A stretch of 64,000 nt of DNA from Candidatus Omnitrophota bacterium (GTDB lineage Bacteria > Omnitrophota > Gorgyraeia > Zapsychrales > Zapsychraceae), in NCBI GenBank assembly GCA_029261065.1, contig JAJDCB010000030.1, forward strand, positions 196,876-260,875, written 5' to 3'. The first letter of the stretch is position 1. Every line of letters begins with the position of its first letter. The translations under genes were made by a program, and so were the position numbers. This document shows positions 57,543 through 64,000 of this stretch, piece after piece. The notes under the pieces are model-generated. The model had not been told where the DNA came from, made no database searches, and saw only the letters and a list, made by a program, of their open reading frames with translations.

Positions 57543-60500
57543 ATGAAAGAATTAAAAGATTCCACACATTGGTTTCAATCCAATATTGTAAAAAAGCTTG
57601 AGAAGTTAGAAATGCAATATTGTAAATTGCTTTCCCAGTTTAATCATGAAGTTTTTCTAAATTTAGAACGCGTTGACTCATTAAAAAATATATACTCTCA
57701 AATCTCTCAATACCTTACTCGATTACAAGTCTTTCCAAAAGAACAAGATGTCAAATTTGTGGGAATTATAAAGCGATATTCAAATCATTTTGATTCATTG
57801 CATCAAAATAATTTGCGCTGGATCTATGCGTATTGCGAATTAAGATGGCCTAGTGATGATTATTTATCAAGAAAATTTAAAAAGAAATTAAAGCAAATTT
57901 ATCCAGATGTTGTATTACGGGCTAATAAGTTTTGGTTAAGCGTAGAAACCCTAAAGAAAGAGGATGACATAAATCACTACAAATTTAGTAGGGTCTTAAG
58001 TATTAAAAAAATGAGAGATTCATACGATTATGGTTCCCCTATTTGGCATAAATGGCATAAGCAATTGGTTGTTATGGTTTTTCGTCTAATGTCTGCGAAT
58101 CTTAAGAATAACAGACATCAAATGGATGGCTTGTTTAAAGAAAGCATCTATCAGGAAGTATTAAGTAGTGATGTGCTTAACGGTAAAGAGAATGTGAGCT
58201 CACAGCGTATATCGGGGTTGTTTAATACTGGTTCTCTTACTAATAATTTAATTAAATCTAGGGTGAATCATTGGTTTAAAGGTTACAAAAAATTTAGCGG
58301 AGAGGATGAAAAGCTTATTCATGCGCATGTTCATGGCTTTATAAAAGATGAATTGCAGAAAGGGGAAAGAAATTATTGGAGAAATAAAATTTTTCATTTA
58401 GCAACGTTTTCATTTATTGTTGCTGTGTTAGCTTTAAGTTTATATCAGATTCGAGTTCCACAGGCAATGGCAATGCATACAACCCAGTTTATCAATACTA
58501 TCAAATCTTTTCGAATTTTTACCAAGAAAGAAAATAAAATGCAGCAGTTTTTTCTAAATGAGATGATTACAATGGAATCTGATTATACTCAAGAAGACAT
58601 TCTCTCAAACCTAAAAATATTTAGCGAGGAGGGTTGGTATCTAAAAGAGGGTGGATATTATTATTTTGCTCAGGAAATATTAAAAGGAATGTTGGTATTA
58701 TGGGCAGATGGTCAGTCCAATGATGAGCTTAATGAAGAAGTGATTAAGGCCGCTAACCTTTTAAATGCTGAATTAGGCTCTAATCTAAGCAATATTCTTG
58801 CACTTTATCAAAAAATGTTAATGAGAGAGTCAAAATTAAGAGAAAATATGTTGGAGCTTAGAAGACTTTTCATTAAACAAGGCGTGTATCCATTTATGTT
58901 CCTTGTGCTTAATGATTATTCACCATTTATCTTTATGTATCCTGAGAAAATTATAAATGAATATATTTTTGAAGATGATTATGCCCAAGTTTTGGGTATG
59001 AATGTCGAATATTATTCAAAACTCGAGCATTGGCCTCCAAAAGCGTACGTTCTTAAACCCGACTCCTATCCGTTTGAAAATAAAGCTGGTTATTTTGAGG
59101 GTGAATTTGCTGTTGTTTTTGAAAGTTTTGCAGCTAACGTAAGATGGACCGCTTGGCACGAGCTTGGCCATGTTATTGAGAACTTTAAATATGAGCATGA
59201 ATCAAAACGTTTGTTTGATAATGTCGAGCTAAATGCCATGATTTTTCCTGTGATTTTTGATAAAGATGCAAGGGCCTATCTGACACATTATGTGGTGCCA
59301 TTGGCAGATAGAAAGATGGCGAAGAGTTATTATGGGCAGGCGGCCAAGGGGATTTTAAATGGATTAGTTATTTATGAAAAGTTGCATAATGGTCGTGAGT
59401 TAACACCTCTATTAACGAATCGAATGGAAGAAGATCGTAAAGAAGTTATTAAGAATTACATTTTATCATTAACGTCCAAGGAAATTCGTAAAATCGGGTA
59501 TACGATGTATTTTCATCCAGATCGTTATTTGTATACCACAGAGGCAGGAAAGTACCGGGGGATTGTAACAAATGCAGAAGAAATAATTTTTGGAGCACAT
59601 TCTTCTCCAGAACAAGATGTGGTCATGGCCAGTTCTGGATTAGGAGGTTTCCGACTTGGTTCAAAAATGATTAGAGATGGGGATGGAAGCTCAACGAATT
59701 GGGCCATGCAACAACTCGCTGCTTTTATTGATGCTATTATTGTATTTATTTTATTTGAATCTAGTTTTGTCTTCATGCATATTTTAGGAACGCCCATTCG
59801 TATAAAGAAATTTAAAGGAAGACGCGTTGTTTTAATTTTGAATAACATGTTTAAAAAGAATCAAAGTTCAGATGGTCATGGTTTAGGAGAAGAGGTCGGT
59901 TTAAGGCAATTGTTGACAAAGATTTATGAAAGTCACGGCAATTTTGATCAATCTTTAATAGCAGACATCCAAGCATTCAAACTGACAGCAAATAGTCGAG
60001 ACCTTTTATTGTTTCAGTTGGGCTTAACCTTTGCATCAGAAAATCCAAAAATTTCTGAAATTAAAAATCCATTTCATCTTATTCAATTTTATCTTCCCTT
60101 TTTGGGTCCGTATATTGCTCGTTCTAAATGGTTATATGGAAAACAAAAAGCGTTTGATGAAAGGGAAGTATTTAATAAAAGGTTAGAGCATTTCTTGGTG
60201 TCGCTTGAGAAAGATAAATCTATAGAGGAGGTTTCTAATCAATATAATGAATTGATCAAGCCTTACGCGCAGCCTGGTAAGGAGATGGGGGATAGTCATC
60301 AAATTTTAAAAAATATTAAATTGCTTGAGAAAACGATGTCAGAATTCTTTTTACCGAATAAAGATTCCAGTAGGAAAATAAATGGAGTCAGGTCGAATAA
60401 GAATGGAGAGTCTTTGTTGAAGCGTAATGCAGGAGATATAGATTTTGATCGATTAGAAGTTTATACGCCGGGAGATGATGTGCGAGAAATCGACTGGAAT

Positions 60501-61070
60501 GTTACAGCGCGATCCGCAAAGAATGATGTGATCGTACGAAAGCGAGTAGGACATGAATCGTTTGAAATGAGTTTGTTGTTGGATATGTCTGTACTAAGTG
60601 ATGAAACTTTATTGGAGAGTTGGGTGCAAGATTATTTGATGACGCTCAAATTGCTGGGAAAAGAAAAGAGAATGCAGAAAATCATGATTGTCATGCCCTA
60701 CGGAAAAGTCATTCAAAGAGCCATAAAGGTCAATACTCATCTTGGATTTAGACAAACGGCATTAAAAACTTTTTCTAGATTAAAAGAATATATTTATGAT
60801 GAACTAGAAGGGGAATATCTTGAATCTATCAATGGGCTTAAATTTTATGATGAAGAAGAAAATAATCAATATTTGAAACGCATCAAATTATGCCGATTTA
60901 AGGGAAGGGGAGCGTCGTTGCAAGCGAATGCATTGCGTGGACATCATCAGAATATATTTTTAGTGGGGGTTATCCCCCATAAACGGCTTGACTATGTAAA
61001 GTCATTGGGGCGAACTAACAGTATTTATTTTTGGCATGAACAAAATGCTCAATTAAATAAAATTCCATAA
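57543..61070 (+). CDS. large multidomain protein: N-terminal unknown region, HExxH motif, TM helices, C-terminal DUF58-like domain
   Basis: WHELGHVIENF; DUF58 hallmark YTPGDDVREIDWNVTARS; TM segments near aa 285-305 and 715-740. Confidence 0.6.
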   Translation: MKELKDSTHWFQSNIVKKLEKLEMQYCKLLSQFNHEVFLNLERVDSLKNIYSQISQYLTRLQVFPKEQDVKFVGIIKRYSNHFDSLHQNNLRWIYAYCELRWPSDDYLSRKFKKKLKQIYPDVVLRANKFWLSVETLKKEDDINHYKFSRVLSIKKMRDSYDYGSPIWHKWHKQLVVMVFRLMSANLKNNRHQMDGLFKESIYQEVLSSDVLNGKENVSSQRISGLFNTGSLTNNLIKSRVNHWFKGYKKFSGEDEKLIHAHVHGFIKDELQKGERNYWRNKIFHLATFSFIVAVLALSLYQIRVPQAMAMHTTQFINTIKSFRIFTKKENKMQQFFLNEMITMESDYTQEDILSNLKIFSEEGWYLKEGGYYYFAQEILKGMLVLWADGQSNDELNEEVIKAANLLNAELGSNLSNILALYQKMLMRESKLRENMLELRRLFIKQGVYPFMFLVLNDYSPFIFMYPEKIINEYIFEDDYAQVLGMNVEYYSKLEHWPPKAYVLKPDSYPFENKAGYFEGEFAVVFESFAANVRWTAWHELGHVIENFKYEHESKRLFDNVELNAMIFPVIFDKDARAYLTHYVVPLADRKMAKSYYGQAAKGILNGLVIYEKLHNGRELTPLLTNRMEEDRKEVIKNYILSLTSKEIRKIGYTMYFHPDRYLYTTEAGKYRGIVTNAEEIIFGAHSSPEQDVVMASSGLGGFRLGSKMIRDGDGSSTNWAMQQLAAFIDAIIVFILFESSFVFMHILGTPIRIKKFKGRRVVLILNNMFKKNQSSDGHGLGEEVGLRQLLTKIYESHGNFDQSLIADIQAFKLTANSRDLLLFQLGLTFASENPKISEIKNPFHLIQFYLPFLGPYIARSKWLYGKQKAFDEREVFNKRLEHFLVSLEKDKSIEEVSNQYNELIKPYAQPGKEMGDSHQILKNIKLLEKTMSEFFLPNKDSSRKINGVRSNKNGESLLKRNAGDIDFDRLEVYTPGDDVREIDWNVTARSAKNDVIVRKRVGHESFEMSLLLDMSVLSDETLLESWVQDYLMTLKLLGKEKRMQKIMIVMPYGKVIQRAIKVNTHLGFRQTALKTFSRLKEYIYDELEGEYLESINGLKFYDEEENNQYLKRIKLCRFKGRGASLQANALRGHHQNIFLVGVIPHKRLDYVKSLGRTNSIYFWHEQNAQLNKIP

Positions 61071-61086
61071 GCTTAAGGAGGATGAA

Positions 61087-61548
61087 ATGTCAAAGGCAAC
61101 GTTTGCCGCTGGATGTTTTTGGGGGGTTGAGGAGGAGTTTCGTCAATTAAAAGGCGTGCTCAAAACCCAAGTAGGATATACAGGTGGGCATCTAGAAAAA
61201 CCTACGTATAGGGATGTCTGTACAGGCGCAACTGGACATGCCGAGGCTGTTGAGATTGAATTTGATGACAATATAATATCCTATAAAGAGTTATTAGACT
61301 TTTTTTGGAAAATTCATAATCCTACAACCTTAAATCAACAAGGCCCGGATGTTGGTTCTCAGTATCGTTCAGCTATTTTTACACACAATGAAGAGCAGGT
61401 GAAAATTGCCCAATTATCAAAAGAAGAGCTAAACAATGAAGGTTATTTTCCTGAACCAATAGTTTCTGAGATTTGTGATGTTACAGAATTTTTTCCAGCA
61501 GAAACTTATCATCAGCAGTATGTTGCCAAGCAAAGAGGTGAGTTGTAA
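61087..61548 (+). CDS. msrA: peptide methionine sulfoxide reductase A
   Basis: GCFWGVEEEF...GYTGG MsrA active-site motif. Confidence 0.9.
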   Translation: MSKATFAAGCFWGVEEEFRQLKGVLKTQVGYTGGHLEKPTYRDVCTGATGHAEAVEIEFDDNIISYKELLDFFWKIHNPTTLNQQGPDVGSQYRSAIFTHNEEQVKIAQLSKEELNNEGYFPEPIVSEICDVTEFFPAETYHQQYVAKQRGEL

Positions 61549-61693
61549 CGTGTTACAATGGAACGCTTTGCATATTTTAGTATTGATGGACGCTTCTTTT
61601 TAGAACTATTTGAAGTTTTTGCGAAACTTTTTTCTTCCTTTTGAGTTTAATACATTGAATCCATTCGAAACAATTAAACGTATATAAACCAAA

Positions 61694-61702
61694 GGGGGGG
61701 GG
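61694..61702 (+). repeat. G9 homopolymeric tract inside the RBS of the downstream gene
   Basis: AAAGGGGGGGGGCAATAATG; only long G tract in this AT-rich window. Confidence 0.9.
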
Positions 61703-61707
61703 CAATA

Positions 61708-62067
61708 ATGAGAAAAGAACTTATTGTTTTGGTCTTGTTATCAACAGGTGTTTTTTTTACCGGGACTTCTGAGGCGAGCAAAAAAAGTTCCAAAAAGGAT
61801 GATTATCATTATGGTGTTGGTATAGGCCACGACGGTTTTTATTTTCACGTAAATACTCATCATCCTAAATACTATCCCCGTTATAAAAAGAGATATCATT
61901 ATCCTGAGGGTAGGTATCATCGCAGACATCATCGTAGGGCTTATCGAAAATATAAACGTGTCAGAAGGCATCATCGTAGACACCATCGTATAGATTATTA
62001 CGAAGAGCCTGTTTATCACAATGGTCATTATCACTATTATGACTATGACTATGATTGTGAAAGATAA
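61708..62067 (+). CDS. secreted His/Tyr/Arg-rich low-complexity protein
   Basis: signal peptide then HRRHHRRAYRKYKRVRRHHRRHHRIDYY...YHYYDYDYDCER. Confidence 0.55.
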   Translation: MRKELIVLVLLSTGVFFTGTSEASKKSSKKDDYHYGVGIGHDGFYFHVNTHHPKYYPRYKKRYHYPEGRYHRRHHRRAYRKYKRVRRHHRRHHRIDYYEEPVYHNGHYHYYDYDYDCER

Positions 62068-62090
62068 CGAGTAATATAAATTATAAAAAA

Positions 62091-62127
62091 GGCATAGCCG
62101 ATATTGAAACGGTTATGCCTTTTTTTA
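62091..62127 (+). terminator. rho-independent terminator
   Basis: GGCATAGCCG-ATATTGAAA-CGGTTATGCC then TTTTTTT. Confidence 0.75.
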
Positions 62128-62217
62128 TTTAGGAATTTCGAAGCTTTTACGAAAATTCCAGGTTGGTTTAATCTTTCTGCGGGTAATCGAGTCCAGAACT
62201 TGCTCTGGGATTCATAC
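62127..62217 (+). repeat. ~85-nt conserved element with GGAATTTCG hairpin (copy 2)
   Basis: ATTTAGGAATTTCGAAGCTTTTACGAAAATTCCAGGTTGG...GAGTCCAGA...TTCATAC. Confidence 0.7.
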
Positions 62218-62237
62218 CCTTGATTTAGTAAAAAATA

Positions 62238-62660
62238 TTAACGTTCGTTAAGTATGGATTGAATTTGAGAGATGAGAATTTTAGGGCTTATAGGCTTTGT
62301 TAGGAAATTATCAGCTTCGGATTCAAAACTATCGAGGATGATTTTTGGGGTGTTTTTATTGGTGATGACAATAATAGGAATGTTTTGTGTTCTCTCATCC
62401 GATTTAAGTTCTTTGCAGATATCCAATCCTCTATTTTCAGAAATTTCTAAATCAAGTAATATAAGATGTGGGATATTATTGAATGCCATTTCAAGGGCTA
62501 AAGAGAAATTGTTTGCTGTCAGCGTCAAGTATCCTATTTTTTGAATGATTCTTGAAAACTCGTTAAGATCATCAAGGTTTTCTTCAATAATGAGGATCGA
62601 TAGTTTGGAGTTTTTAACGTTTTTGTTTTTTTTATAAATGGTGGATAGTCTTTTAAACAT
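62238..62660 (-). CDS. single-domain response regulator (CheY-like)
   Basis: LSILIIEENLDD...LILLDLEI... receiver fold. Confidence 0.7.
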   Translation of the reverse strand: MFKRLSTIYKKNKNVKNSKLSILIIEENLDDLNEFSRIIQKIGYLTLTANNFSLALEMAFNNIPHLILLDLEISENRGLDICKELKSDERTQNIPIIVITNKNTPKIILDSFESEADNFLTKPISPKILISQIQSILNER

Positions 62661-62717
62661 GAGCGGCGTTTTTAGAAAAATTACGCTGATAAATAGCGTA
62701 AAATTGTTTTTGCGTTT

Positions 62718-63221
62718 TTAGTTTAGGTTTTTGGCCGCGGCGGCAATTTTTTTGACCTTATCAACTGGAATGTTCATTTCTTGCGCGATTTCTTCAGGAA
62801 GAGGTTTACGATTGAGCTGTTGGGTTAGTGTATCCACAGAAGAGGTGTATCTATTTAGTTCTGGTTTTAGATATATGGGTATTCCGATCATTTTTCCTTG
62901 GTCAATGATAAATTGGGATAAGCGATGTTTAATGCACCATCGAAGGTAGGTATCTAGAGCGAAACCTTTGCTTGCATCAAACTTTTTAATACTTTCTTCG
63001 ACGCATTCGTTGCCGGCTTCAACGAGATCGTCTAAAGGAATGCCTAGCTGACTATAATTTTTGGCGATTTTGGTAATATATTGTTGATTAAATTGTACCA
63101 TACGATTTTTGGCCTCTAAGTCGCCATTTTTTATTCGATCCACCAATTGTTGCTGTTCTAGAGAGGTTGTAGCTTTTTGCTTTAGGCTAGCATTCTTAGA
63201 GTTTTCATTGGATTTGTACAT
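62718..63221 (-). CDS. sigma-70 family fragment (regions 2-3 only, no region 4)
   Basis: DLVEAGNECVEESIKKFDASKGFALDTYLRWCIKHRLSQFI (region 2.2-2.4), IGIPIYLKPELNRY...PLPEEIAQEMNIPVDKVKKI (region 3); stops before any region 4 HTH. Confidence 0.55.
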   Translation of the reverse strand: MYKSNENSKNASLKQKATTSLEQQQLVDRIKNGDLEAKNRMVQFNQQYITKIAKNYSQLGIPLDDLVEAGNECVEESIKKFDASKGFALDTYLRWCIKHRLSQFIIDQGKMIGIPIYLKPELNRYTSSVDTLTQQLNRKPLPEEIAQEMNIPVDKVKKIAAAAKNLN

Positions 63222-63554
63222 TCTATTCTAATCCTCATAAGTGTTACGCGCAAGCTTTGAAGAATGTATTGTGATAAACGCAATTTGAAATGAACAAGGG
63301 TATGGTCGCCTTGAAAAGTCTTCTTTTATTTGTAAAATACTTTAGCATAGTATTGGTATGCTGTCAATTTGATTTGATAATAAATCAACTCATAAAATGA
63401 TATACACCAGTAATTTACGGAAATACTCTAGAGTTATTTTGGAAATGAGGTGTAAATAATTGATGCTAGATGAAAGTTAATTGACTCAAGATCAATATAT
63501 GTTAAGCTAAATAATAATATTTTTGAGTTAATTGGGAAAAAGAAGGAACTATAT

Positions 63555-64000
63555 ATGTTTATTGGCAAAAAAATTAAAGAAATAAGAGAAACTCAGGGGA
63601 TGAGTTTGTCTGAATTGGCAGAAAGAAGTAAGGTTCAGATAGCTACTTTAAGCCGATTAGAAAATTTAAAGATGACTGGCAGTTTAGAGTCTCACATGAA
63701 TATTGCTCGCGCCTTAGGTGTAGATATTACTAAGTTGTACGCTGGGATAGTGAAAGAAGAGAGTAGGGTTGATGTCAAAACTCAAAATAGTTCAACAGAT
63801 GTATATATTCACAATGATAAATCTTCTTATGAAATACTAACTAATAAAGTGCTCTCTAAGAAAATAATGCCTATTTTGTTACAGATTGAACCTGAAGGGA
63901 AGACAAATAAAGAAGAGAACCTGGTGGGAACCGAGAAATTTATATATGTTATAGAAGGTAAAGTTATGGCATATATCGGTCAAGAAAACTACTCCTTATC
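63555..64000 (+). CDS. XRE-family HTH regulator with cupin-like C-terminus (3' partial at window end)
   Basis: MFIGKKIKEIRETQGMSLSELAERSKVQIATLSRLEN HTH_3; continues to window edge. Confidence 0.6.
   Translation, partial: MFIGKKIKEIRETQGMSLSELAERSKVQIATLSRLENLKMTGSLESHMNIARALGVDITKLYAGIVKEESRVDVKTQNSSTDVYIHNDKSSYEILTNKVLSKKIMPILLQIEPEGKTNKEENLVGTEKFIYVIEGKVMAYIGQENYSL

Noticed and set aside
61741-62034. 97-aa antisense ORF opposite the His-rich gene
   Set aside because: The + frame has a signal peptide, RBS and downstream terminator. The minus frame lacks these

Overview
AT-rich (~36% GC) bacterial chromosomal segment with gamma/beta-proteobacterial traits: an ANDE-type tmRNA tag, homodimeric PDH E1, and an E3 carrying an N-terminal lipoyl domain. 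Core genes are pyrE, maf, the PDH operon aceE-aceF-lpdA, tag, smpB, ssrA (tmRNA), purB, yaaA, ssb, a split mnmC, ttcA-like, sodC, msrA, arsC-like, lemA, and an NfeD-SPFH pair. The accessory layer is rich. (1) A ~2.8 kb array of three ~1 kb cassettes lies directly 3' of ssrA. Each cassette is bounded by tmRNA-3'-end-like fragments and GGTGCCCA / TAGTGCCCAAA boundary motifs. Two cassettes carry a translationally coupled pair: a small DUF5678-like protein plus a retropepsin-like (DSGA) aspartic protease. No integrase is present. This is the most likely undescribed system in the window. (2) A DUF1016(YhcG-N)-SNase fusion nuclease with a small coupled partner. (3) A HepT/MNT toxin-antitoxin pair. 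(4) A 1175-aa HExxH + DUF58 giant protein. (5) A His/Tyr/Arg-rich secreted protein with a G9 tract in its RBS. (6) Four orphan CheY-like receivers, one histidine kinase, and a sigma-70 fragment lacking region 4. (7) Three minor-pilin genes. (8) Several MORN/YwqK-repeat proteins. (9) Four or more families of intergenic palindromic repeats: a GAAA-tetraloop REP-like element at 10 loci, 8-mer CACTCTAC inverted arrays around the PDH operon and smpB, a 52-bp hairpin at 3 loci, and an ~85-nt element at 2 loci. (10) A shared promoter/operator-like motif at two nearby loci. All calls are from reading the sequence; no database searches were run.
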